62,116 nucleotides of DNA from a virus. Its lineage: Duplodnaviria > Caudoviricetes. Within the stretch, counting starts at the first letter, position 1. Each line of letters opens with the position of its first letter. Below are positions 54,918-62,116 of this stretch, piece after piece. Below the pieces are notes generated by a model, which was not told the DNA's origin, did not search any database, and worked only from the letters and a program-made list of their open reading frames with translations. Made by a program: the position numbers and the translations under genes. The stretch spans positions 1 through 62,116 of the IMG/VR virus record IMGVR_UViG_3300035180_002081; one strand, 5' to 3'.

Positions 54918-56021
54918 ATGTCGTGGGCTCGCTTCGACGACGACGTGCTCGACCACCCGAAGCTGCTGATGGTCTCCGACCTCGCGGCGCATCTGTGGTT
55001 CAAAGCGATCGTCTGGTCGCGCAAGCAGAAGACCAACGGCGTCGTGCCGCGCCACGTCATCGCGACGCTCTTGCGCGTCAAGAAGACGGACGCGCTCGCG
55101 AAGGAACTCGTCGACGCGATCCCGCCAGGCAAGTCGGCTGGCCTGTTCGAGTCGATCGACGGCGGGTGGAAGATCCACGACTTCGATCATTTCGGGCCCC
55201 CGCAGCGCGAGGAACTCTCGGAAACGCGCGCCGAAGCAGGGCGCCGAGGGGCGGCGAAGCGATGGCAAACCGATGGCAAACCGGATGGCAAACGCGAGGA
55301 CGGAGATGGCAAGTTGCCATCCGCTTGCCATGCGGTGCCGATGGCAAACGATAGCTCACGTGCGGGCGCGCCTGCGCACCCGCTCCCGGGCGCACCTGCG
55401 TTCCCGTCCCGTCCCGTCCCGTCCCGTCCCGTGCTTGCTGACGCAAGCACGCAGGCTGCGGGCGAGCCGGCGAATGAGCATGGCCCTCGACCGTCGTTCG
55501 GGAAGGCCCCGCACGGCGGCAAGACCCTCGCCGAGAAGCAGCGCGACGTCGACGAGTGCGCTAGCTACCTGGCCTCGCGGATGGCGACGCTCGGCGTGCA
55601 GGACGAGCGCGACCTGCGCGGGTGGCTGACCGAGACGCTGCCCGAGTTCCCGATCCCTGCCGACACGCCGGTGCTCCCGCTCCTGCGGCTCGCCTTCGCC
55701 GCCGTGCGCGACTCCGCCGCGGCGACGCCGGGTATGCGCGCCGAATCGAAGCTCGCCCGGCTCCGAGCGCAGGTCGGGCTCAAGGCGGCCGACGACAAGG
55801 CCGACGGGTGGAGCTTCGCGCGGTCCGACGGGCAGGCAGGGAAGCTCGCCCCGAAGGCGCTCGAGCGAGGCGGCGTGGGCCCCGGCAGCGGCCTCGACAC
55901 GGCATCCGCGGTCGCCGACATGCAAGTGCTTGAGCGCGACCAGGAGCATGAGCGCGCGAAGCGGCGAGGCGGCGAAGCGAGCGCGACCCAGTTGTTCAGC
56001 GGCGTTCGGGGTGCAGCATGA
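54918..56021 (+). CDS. Replication initiator protein
   Basis: W.RFDD...DHPK, TNGVVP, GW.IHDF, RAEAGRRGA..RW; internal iterons; upstream of dnaB. Confidence 0.85.
   Translation: MSWARFDDDVLDHPKLLMVSDLAAHLWFKAIVWSRKQKTNGVVPRHVIATLLRVKKTDALAKELVDAIPPGKSAGLFESIDGGWKIHDFDHFGPPQREELSETRAEAGRRGAAKRWQTDGKPDGKREDGDGKLPSACHAVPMANDSSRAGAPAHPLPGAPAFPSRPVPSRPVLADASTQAAGEPANEHGPRPSFGKAPHGGKTLAEKQRDVDECASYLASRMATLGVQDERDLRGWLTETLPEFPIPADTPVLPLLRLAFAAVRDSAAATPGMRAESKLARLRAQVGLKAADDKADGWSFARSDGQAGKLAPKALERGGVGPGSGLDTASAVADMQVLERDQEHERAKRRGGEASATQLFSGVRGAA
55260..55350 (+). repeat. Replication origin iterons (GATGGCAA direct and TTGCCAT inverted copies)
   Basis: GATGGCAA at about 55261, 55272, 55284, 55305, 55340; TTGCCAT at 55314 and 55325. 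Confidence 0.75.
55403..55432 (+). repeat. (CCCGT)6 microsatellite in initiator gene
   Basis: Six perfect pentamers encoding PSRPVPSRPV. Confidence 0.9.
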
Positions 56022-57466
56022 CCACCCAGCGCAAGCCTTGGCGCCCGGCGGTCGAGGTAGTCGACCTCGGAGGCCGCGTCCCGCCCCACAACGACGCTGT
56101 GGAGGCCGCCGTGCTCGCGCACGTGCTCGCGCACGGGGGGACCGCCCTCGACGAGCTGGCGGACCTACTGGGCGTTCAGCACTGGTACGCCGACGGAAAC
56201 CGGCGCGTGTACGCCGCTGCGGTGGAGCTGCACCGCGAGGGGCGCGCCGTCGACCTGCAGACCGTGGCCGAGAGGCTCCGGGCGCGCGACGAGATCCAAG
56301 CGATCGGCGGCGTGTCCTTCCTCGCGACGCTGATCGACTCGACGCCCGCCGTCGCGAACCTTCGCGCCCACGCCGAGATCGTCGTCGACCTCGCGACCAA
56401 GCGCCGCGCGATCGATACGTGCCAGCTCGCGGCCGCCGAGGGCTTCGGCGACACCGGCCCCACCCTCGCGTGGCTCGATGGGGTCGAGCAGAAGATCCAC
56501 GACCTCGCGCCCGCACGGCAGACGCGGGGCGTCGTCGATGCGTACGACCTGATGAGCGACTTCGTTCGGCGGATGGGGGACCCGACGCCGCCAGGCATCT
56601 CCACGGGGCTCGTCGACGTCGACCGCCAGCTCGGTGGGGGGATGCGAGACGGCGAGCTGATCATCGTGGCCGCGCGCCCCGGCATGGGCAAGACGGCGTT
56701 CGTCACCGGGCTGCTGATGTCCGTCGCCAGCGCAGGCCCGCTCTACGACGGGGCGGACATGGTCCGGCCGAACCTCGGCGCGATGCTGTTCTCGCTCGAG
56801 ATGCCGGCTCAGCAGATGGGCGATCGAATCGCCTGCAGTGACGCGCGGGTGTCACTGTCCGCGCTTCGGTCGAAGTCGCTCACCCCGAACGCGGCGGACT
56901 CGCTCACTGAATCGGCCAGCAAACTCTCGCAGTTGCCGCTGTGGGTCGACGACACCCCTGCCATCACGATGATGGAGCTTCGCGCGAAGGCGCGTCGGAA
57001 GCAGCGCGAGTTCGACAAGGCCGGCCAGAAGCTCGCGCTCGTGATCGTCGACTACCTGCAGCTCATGAAGGGCAGCGGCGAGGACAATCGAGAGCAGGAA
57101 ATCAGCAGCATCTCGCGCGGCCTGAAGCAGATGGCGAAAGAGCTGAAGCTGCCCGTCGTCGCACTCTCGCAGCTGAACCGAGCCGTCGAGACGCGCAGCA
57201 CGAAGGACAAGCGCCCGCAGCTGTCGGACCTGCGCGAGTCGGGCGCCATCGAGCAAGACGCCGACGTGATCCTCTTCGTCTACCGGCCCGAATACTACAT
57301 CTCCGACAAAACTTCGGCCGACGCGCACAAACTCGCCGGGTACGCGGAAATCATCTTCGCGAAGCAGCGGAATGGGCCGACTGGACGAGTCCCCGTGACG
57401 TTCGTCGAGAGCTGCGCTCGGTTCGAGAACCGTAGTCGCGACTCGTACAGCGACAGCGACGAGTGA
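56018..57466 (+). CDS. dnaB: Replicative DNA helicase
   Basis: ARPGMGKT, FSLEM, VDYLQLM, LSQLNR, DLRESGAIEQDAD, KQRNGPTG. Confidence 0.98.
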   Translation: MTTQRKPWRPAVEVVDLGGRVPPHNDAVEAAVLAHVLAHGGTALDELADLLGVQHWYADGNRRVYAAAVELHREGRAVDLQTVAERLRARDEIQAIGGVSFLATLIDSTPAVANLRAHAEIVVDLATKRRAIDTCQLAAAEGFGDTGPTLAWLDGVEQKIHDLAPARQTRGVVDAYDLMSDFVRRMGDPTPPGISTGLVDVDRQLGGGMRDGELIIVAARPGMGKTAFVTGLLMSVASAGPLYDGADMVRPNLGAMLFSLEMPAQQMGDRIACSDARVSLSALRSKSLTPNAADSLTESASKLSQLPLWVDDTPAITMMELRAKARRKQREFDKAGQKLALVIVDYLQLMKGSGEDNREQEISSISRGLKQMAKELKLPVVALSQLNRAVETRSTKDKRPQLSDLRESGAIEQDADVILFVYRPEYYISDKTSADAHKLAGYAEIIFAKQRNGPTGRVPVTFVESCARFENRSRDSYSDSDE

Positions 57467-57531
57467 ATCGGCACCAACAATCGACGTGACGTGCTTGCGG
57501 CTCTCTCTCGCGACGTGAGAGGGAGATCGCA

Positions 57532-57987
57532 ATGGCCCCGCCGTGTGTGCGATTCACCGTCAGCGGATTGCGCTTGGTCTCCGAGGCCAACGCGCACGAG
57601 CACCATTGGTACCGGAAGCGGCGCGCTGAGCTGCAGCACGCCAAGACGGCGCCCGAGATGCGCGCTGCGCTCGCGAAGGAACGCGCACGCCTCGCCGTCG
57701 AAACGAACGACCGCCTGCCGAACAACGTCGGGGCGTGGCTCTCGGGCGCGCTGCTCGTCACGATCACACGCATCGCGCCGAGCCGAATCCGGGACAGCGA
57801 CAACTTGACCGGCTGCGCGAAGCACGTTCGCGACTGCATCGCCAAGGTGCTCGGCGTCGACGACTCGACGGACCGAATCGTCTGGCGCGTCGAGCAGCGG
57901 CGCGGAGGAGTCCGGGAGTACGGAGTGGAGGTCACGATCTCGACGCGCGAGATGTGCCCGCACTGCGGCGGCGTCATGGCCGCTTGA
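57532..57987 (+). CDS. RusA-like Holliday junction resolvase
   Basis: SEAN, ITR......DSDNL....KHVRD.IA..LGVDD. Confidence 0.8.
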   Translation: MAPPCVRFTVSGLRLVSEANAHEHHWYRKRRAELQHAKTAPEMRAALAKERARLAVETNDRLPNNVGAWLSGALLVTITRIAPSRIRDSDNLTGCAKHVRDCIAKVLGVDDSTDRIVWRVEQRRGGVREYGVEVTISTREMCPHCGGVMAA

Positions 57988-58009
57988 ACGAATCGAAGGG
58001 AGCGGCCGA

Positions 58010-58486
58010 ATGATGACGGGATTCGACACGAACCGTGACTGCGTGATCCTCGCGCGCGCAGCGTGCCTCGCGAAGCGACTGAACGCCGGCCACACCAGCC
58101 TGGTCGAGGAGTTCTCCGTCCTGCTCGCCGAGGTCAGGGTGCACGAACTCGTGCGCGACCAGCTCGTCGCCGACGCGGTCCACTCGATGGAGACGGCCGA
58201 GGGCGCGATGCTCGCCGGGCTCACCGAGTGCAACCGGCTGCGCGCGCTGGTCTCGGAGCTGTCGGGCGAAATCGAGCGGCTGCGCGTCATTGCGACCCGC
58301 GAGGCCCCGTTCGTCGCCGCCATCGAGGTCGCGCCGCGCGAGAACGGAACCCCGCTGCTCGTCATCTGCGCGCCGGACCGCGAGACCGAAGACCGCCTCG
58401 CCGCGCTCGCGTTCGCGACCATGTCCTGCGCTGGTGCGTCGATCGAGCCCAGCGCGCCGATCACGCGGATCGGGAATGCCGCGTGA
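58010..58486 (+). CDS. Hypothetical protein
   Basis: RBS present; coupled stop. Confidence 0.65.
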   Translation: MMTGFDTNRDCVILARAACLAKRLNAGHTSLVEEFSVLLAEVRVHELVRDQLVADAVHSMETAEGAMLAGLTECNRLRALVSELSGEIERLRVIATREAPFVAAIEVAPRENGTPLLVICAPDRETEDRLAALAFATMSCAGASIEPSAPITRIGNAA

Positions 58487-58734
58487 CGAGGTCCGTCATC
58501 TGCGCGCACGGGATCGCCGAGCTGCGGTGTCGCGACTGCACCGCCGTCGGCACCGTGAACGACTTCGTCGACGCGCACCCCGAGGGCGCTGACCTCGAAG
58601 AGGTCGCCGAAGCGCTCGGCATCTCGAAGCAAGGCGTGCTCCGCATCGAGCGGCACGCGATGGGCCGCATCCGACGCGAGCCCGGTCCCACGTTCGCGGT
58701 TTTTCGAGCCGTAGTGAAGGAGTTGGCCGCATGA
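58483..58734 (+). CDS. Sigma-70 region 4-like HTH protein (paralogue of 52979..53359)
   Basis: CAHG....CRDC; HPEGADLEEVAEALGISKQGVLRIE. Confidence 0.75.
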   Translation: MTRSVICAHGIAELRCRDCTAVGTVNDFVDAHPEGADLEEVAEALGISKQGVLRIERHAMGRIRREPGPTFAVFRAVVKELAA

Positions 58735-59018
58735 AACGGCACGTCAAGAAGAAGACGCAGGAGCAGGAGTCGCGCGAGATGCTCGCGACGGTGCACGCGA
58801 TCGTGCTGACCGCGACGCTCGCGAGCCCGAAGGTGCCGATCACCGCGATGGAGGCCGGCGTTCTCCGCCGCCAGCGCGCGCGCATCCGCAACGCCATCCA
58901 CTCGAGCGGCCGCCCCCGCTGGCGCGACCTGCACACCGCCGCGAAGAACTTCGCGCCGTTCGTCGGCATCGAGCGCCGTGCGGCCGAGACCGCGACGTAC
59001 GAGGAGGCTGCAGCGTGA
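58731..59018 (+). CDS. Hypothetical protein
   Basis: Coupled at both ends. Confidence 0.6.
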   Translation: MKRHVKKKTQEQESREMLATVHAIVLTATLASPKVPITAMEAGVLRRQRARIRNAIHSSGRPRWRDLHTAAKNFAPFVGIERRAAETATYEEAAA

Positions 59019-59359
59019 TCGCCCTCGCCACCGAGCCTCGCCCGATCCTCCCGCCGCACCCGCCCTCGCCCGAGGTCGGCCACCCGTCGGCCACGCCGAT
59101 CCACATCGTCGCCGCCATCGTGCAGTGCGGCGAGGACGCGTGCCGCTGCTACCACGGCGTCGTGCGCATCTACGACCGCGTGGCGTGGGTCTCGCGCACC
59201 TGGCCCCGCATCGGCGAGGACCCGCAGCGCCTGATCGCCGAGACCCGCGCGTACATCGCTGGGTGGCGCGCCGACGGGTACGCCATCGACGACTCGAGCC
59301 TCGAAGCGTTCGCGCGCGCCAACCCGCCGCCGAAGACCGACCGCAAGAACCTGCACTGA
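59015..59359 (+). CDS. Hypothetical protein
   Basis: Coupled start. Confidence 0.6.
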   Translation: MIALATEPRPILPPHPPSPEVGHPSATPIHIVAAIVQCGEDACRCYHGVVRIYDRVAWVSRTWPRIGEDPQRLIAETRAYIAGWRADGYAIDDSSLEAFARANPPPKTDRKNLH

Positions 59360-59387
59360 ATCGCGCCACGGCGCCGAGGAGACGAGC

Positions 59388-59921
59388 ATGGCCCGACGAC
59401 GTTGTTTCGACGATGACCTGGCGTGGTTCTACCGGGAGGCCGCGGGCGAGATGGGCGTGCGCGCCATCCCCATCGAGCCGTCCACCGGCAGCGGCACGCA
59501 GCGCGACGACGGGCCGAGCGATCGCATGGTCGCCGCTGCCACCCGCTACCGGCGCATCGCCGAGGCGCTGTGGTCGCTCCCGCACGAGCATCAGCGCGCG
59601 CTCCGGCTCGTGCACACGGGGCGTACCCCGGGGCAGGAGAAGCGCTTCGAGAAGCTCGGAGACGCCGCCCCCGTCGCCTTCGACCTCGTCGGGCACGACG
59701 CTGCCATCGCGCTCCTGAAGCTCTCCGGGAAGCGCGCGTGCCGCGACTACGACCAGGCGTGCGCCGCGCTCGCGAAGCTCCGGCAGCAGGCTGAGGCCGC
59801 CGTTGCGCAGGCGCTGAAGGAGTTCCACGCGGCCCGCAGCGTCGTCCAGGATCTCGAGAGCGCCCGGAAGTCCGCGCGGCGTCGTGACCGCGTCCTCGCT
59901 ATCCTCGGGGAAGCGGCGTGA
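59388..59921 (+). CDS. Putative late-gene regulator (antiterminator/sigma-like)
   Basis: I.EAL.SLP.EHQRALRL helix pattern; near the end of the early operon. Confidence 0.45.
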   Translation: MARRRCFDDDLAWFYREAAGEMGVRAIPIEPSTGSGTQRDDGPSDRMVAAATRYRRIAEALWSLPHEHQRALRLVHTGRTPGQEKRFEKLGDAAPVAFDLVGHDAAIALLKLSGKRACRDYDQACAALAKLRQQAEAAVAQALKEFHAARSVVQDLESARKSARRRDRVLAILGEAA

Positions 59922-60334
59922 CCACCAAGGCCCGGCCCGCACGCGATCGGAAGCCGCCTCGCATGTCGCGGCACCTGACGCTGCGCGAGGTCGCGGACAT
60001 GCTCGGCATGAAGGGGCCGACCGCCCCACGGCGCATCCGCGAGCAGCTCCTCCGGCTCGAGGAGCGCACCGGCAAGCGGTTCCTCGTCCGCATGGGCTCC
60101 GACGGGACGGGCACCCGCTACATGGTCACGCTCGCGACGCTTCGCGAGCACCACCCCGACTTCTTCTACCGGCGCGACGAGGCGGCCGAGACCCTGCGGA
60201 CCTACGTCGAGGGCATCGAGGAGCGCTTCGAAGACCTCGCCGATCGCATCGAGGTGCTCGCGAAGGAAGTCGCGAACCGCCTGCAGAACATCGGCGAGCG
60301 GGTCCAGGTGCTCGAGGGGAAGCGGGCCGCGTGA
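59918..60334 (+). CDS. HTH DNA-binding protein with coiled coil
   Basis: LTLREVADMLGM; C-terminal heptads. Confidence 0.7.
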   Translation: MTTKARPARDRKPPRMSRHLTLREVADMLGMKGPTAPRRIREQLLRLEERTGKRFLVRMGSDGTGTRYMVTLATLREHHPDFFYRRDEAAETLRTYVEGIEERFEDLADRIEVLAKEVANRLQNIGERVQVLEGKRAA

Positions 60335-60386
60335 CCAGTGCCGCCGAGTGACGGCAAGCGCCCGCCTGCGGGCTTCGAGTGAGTAC

Positions 60387-61059
60387 GGCGCGTGGATGGG
60401 CATGCCCACCGCGACGCCATCCGCCCCACGCGAGGACGCTCGCGACCACGGGGCAACACGCCACCAACCTGCGCGGCCCTGGGCAGCGGGAAGGGTGGCA
60501 GACGCGCGCCGACGTGCCGGTTCGACCGGAGTTACGGCCGCGTCACCTCTTCCGCGCAGGGAAGCCCGCTACTCCGCGAAACCGGGCTTCTTCAACGACC
60601 CAGCTAGGCGCCTGCGCGTTCGGCATCCATCGCAGCAGCCGACGTTCGCGTCGGTCGGGTAGTCGCCGCCCCGAACACGGGGTCGAGGTCGAGCGGAGTC
60701 GCCGCCGGGGTTACAGCCGGAATCGCCCGCTGACGCGACAATGCTGCCACCTGCGGACCCGCCACGTGTGGGCACCGTTACGGCCACGCCGCTGCACGCG
60801 CTGAGCAACAAGTATCAGCCGTCGACGTGAGCCAGCCACCCCCAAGCACGCCGGCAACGGAGGGGGCAGCGGGAAGCTGAATGTGCCAGGCGCCAGACCC
60901 GCACAGGGCGAGGCGCCGCCTAGCGGTGAGATGGCTCCGGCGAGCCTGTCGGAGTCATGATCCGACGCGGGTGGTTCGACTCCACCCACCGCTACCGAGT
61001 CCCCCCGTGCCGAGCCATGCGAATGGCCACCCAAAGCCGGCAGGGCGACGGGGAGACTC
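60387..61059 (+). ncRNA. Putative large structured non-coding RNA region
   Basis: No credible ORF; consecutive nested stems such as CCTGCGCGG/CCGCGCAGG (60468-60560) and GAAGCCCG/CGGGCTTC (60561-60590). Confidence 0.55.
60922..60996 (+). tRNA. Atypical tRNA with CAT anticodon (Met/Ile2-like)
   Basis: AGCGGTG/CACCGCT acceptor, GGCTC-CGGC-GAGCC D-arm, GTCGGA-GTCATGA-TCCGAC anticodon arm, GGTGG-TTCGACT-CCACC T-arm, 3' ACC(G). Confidence 0.7.
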
Positions 61060-61118
61060 GCTGTTGTCGTCGACTCGTTTCGCGCGCTGACGTGCGCGCG
61101 CGCGGAGAAGGATCTGGA

Positions 61119-61409
61119 ATGCCGAGCGAACAGAAGCCGTCGATCGGGCGCGTCGTGCACTACGTCATCGCGCTCGACCACGTGGGGGAGCCCGTCGTTC
61201 AGCCTGCGATGATCGTCCGGTGCTGGCCCGAGTCGGTGAACATGCAGGTGCTGCTCGACGGCGGGAACGTGAACCGATCTCGGTTCGCCGCGCCCTCGCC
61301 GTTCGCGCCGACGGATGCCGAGTGCGCCGCTGGCATGGCGTGGCGGACCTCGGTGCACCACTCCGACGCGCAGGATCCCGGCACGTGGCACTGGCCGCCG
61401 AGGGTGTGA
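61119..61409 (+). CDS. Conserved small phage protein (KPSIGRVVHY...TWHWPPRV)
   Basis: Recognisable phage motif set; AAGGA RBS. Confidence 0.8.
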   Translation: MPSEQKPSIGRVVHYVIALDHVGEPVVQPAMIVRCWPESVNMQVLLDGGNVNRSRFAAPSPFAPTDAECAAGMAWRTSVHHSDAQDPGTWHWPPRV

Positions 61410-61428
61410 CCACGCTCGACTGCCACTC

Positions 61429-61536
61429 TTCGGAATCGCCCTGAGCTGCTTGCTGGTTTCGCGCGGCGCATGCGAAACGCGGAGTGCGTCGGAGCCGTCG
61501 ACTCGACACGAGCCCGCGCAGGAGCGATTCCGAATG
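61429..61536 (+). promoter_or_regulatory. Structured 5' leader sequestering the RBS of the INP-like gene
   Basis: TTCGGAATCGC-CCTG pairs with CAGG-A-GCGATTCCGAA, covering AGGAG and the A of ATG. Confidence 0.65.
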
Positions 61537-62116
61537 GCCAAGTCCAAGCCTGCTCGCAAGTCCGTGGCGAAGAAGAAGCCCGCGCCCAAGTTCACCGCCG
61601 CCGCGCCGGTCTCGGCCACCTCGGCGAAGCCTGCGACCGTCCTCGTACTGCGCACGTGCATGGCCGACATGGGCGGCACCCACTCGAGCGCGCGGCGCTT
61701 CATCTGGCCCGCCAGCGGCCCCGTGGCGGCGCCCGATTGGGACCCGTCGCCCGTGTGCGGCCACGGCCTGCACGGCCTGCTGTGGGGCGCCGGTGACGCC
61801 GGGATGCTCCGCTGGCAGGCCGACTCGAAGTGGCTCGTGGTCGAGGTGGTGGCGAGCGACGTCGTCTCGCTCGACGACGGCGCCAAGGTGAAGTTCCCGC
61901 GCGGCGTCGTCGTGTTCTGCGGCGACCAGAAGGCCGCGAGCGACTACATCGCCGAGCACGCGCCGAAGGGAACGATCGTGCACGGCGCGACGGCGACCGC
62001 TGGCTACGCGGGCACGGCGACCGCTGGCTACGCGGGCACGGCGACCGCTGGCGACACGGGCACGGCGACCGCTGGCTACGCGGGCACGGCGACCGCTGGC
62101 TACGCGGGCACGGCGA
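61534..62116 (+). CDS. N-terminal part of ice-nucleation-protein-like repeat protein (continues at 1..528)
   Basis: LVLRTC, FIWPASG, GLHGLLWGAG, WLVVEV, KVKFPRG, then TATAGYAG repeats to the window end. Confidence 0.85.
   Translation, partial: MAKSKPARKSVAKKKPAPKFTAAAPVSATSAKPATVLVLRTCMADMGGTHSSARRFIWPASGPVAAPDWDPSPVCGHGLHGLLWGAGDAGMLRWQADSKWLVVEVVASDVVSLDDGAKVKFPRGVVVFCGDQKAASDYIAEHAPKGTIVHGATATAGYAGTATAGYAGTATAGDTGTATAGYAGTATAGYAGTA
61987..62116 (+). repeat. 24-nt coding tandem repeat, 5 units plus a partial (same family as 1..360)
   Basis: YA,YA,DT,YA,YA; last 10 nt equal the first 10 nt of the window. Confidence 0.97.

Larger units (their letters stand above)
1..62116. mobile_element. 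Temperate bacteriophage genome (Mu-like contractile-tail morphogenesis, tyrosine integrase), probably complete and circularly permuted
   Basis: Terminase, portal, protease, capsid, sheath, tube, tape measure, baseplate, lysin, CI/Cro, integrase with intact attP and DnaB are all present. No flanking host genes. Both ends lie in the same 24-nt repeat of one ORF. Confidence 0.93.

Noticed and set aside
60921-60996. Selenocysteine tRNA
   Set aside because: The short D-loop and 6-bp anticodon stem resemble tRNA-Sec, but the centred anticodon is CAT and the long variable arm is missing.
62107-62116. Terminal direct repeat as a physical genome end
   Set aside because: The 10-nt match with base 1 is just the repeat unit; an assembly break in the repeat is more likely.

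Overview
The window looks like an essentially complete, circularly permuted genome (about 62 kb, very GC-rich) of a temperate myovirus. It has Mu-like head and contractile-tail genes but no transposase. It carries a lambdoid immunity switch (CI/Cro/ImmA), a tyrosine integrase, and initiator plus DnaB replication. SSB, DnaB and lipoprotein style suggest a myxobacterial (Polyangiaceae-like) host, which is an inference. Layout: 0.5-3 kb accessory genes including an RNA ligase; 3-10.6 kb packaging and head; 10.6-29.4 kb tail, baseplate and fibres; 29.4-34.3 kb lysis and nucleotide enzymes; 34.3-45 kb leftward early and recombination genes; 45-47.4 kb immunity; 47.4-60.3 kb rightward early, integration and replication genes; 60.3-62.1 kb structured non-coding RNA and the start of a gene that wraps across the ends. 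Highlights: (1) a gene spanning the window junction (61534..62116 joined to 1..528) with the three-part architecture of bacterial ice-nucleation proteins (InaZ-like N-domain, TxT octapeptide repeats, InaZ-like C-cap), under a 5' leader that sequesters its RBS; (2) about 700 nt of densely paired non-coding RNA with an embedded atypical tRNA(CAT), plus a second tRNA-shaped element at 39.7 kb; (3) attP (3' end of tRNA-Glu) inside the integrase gene, so integration should remodel Int and separate the replication genes from the lytic promoter. All calls come from motif recognition by eye; no searches were run.
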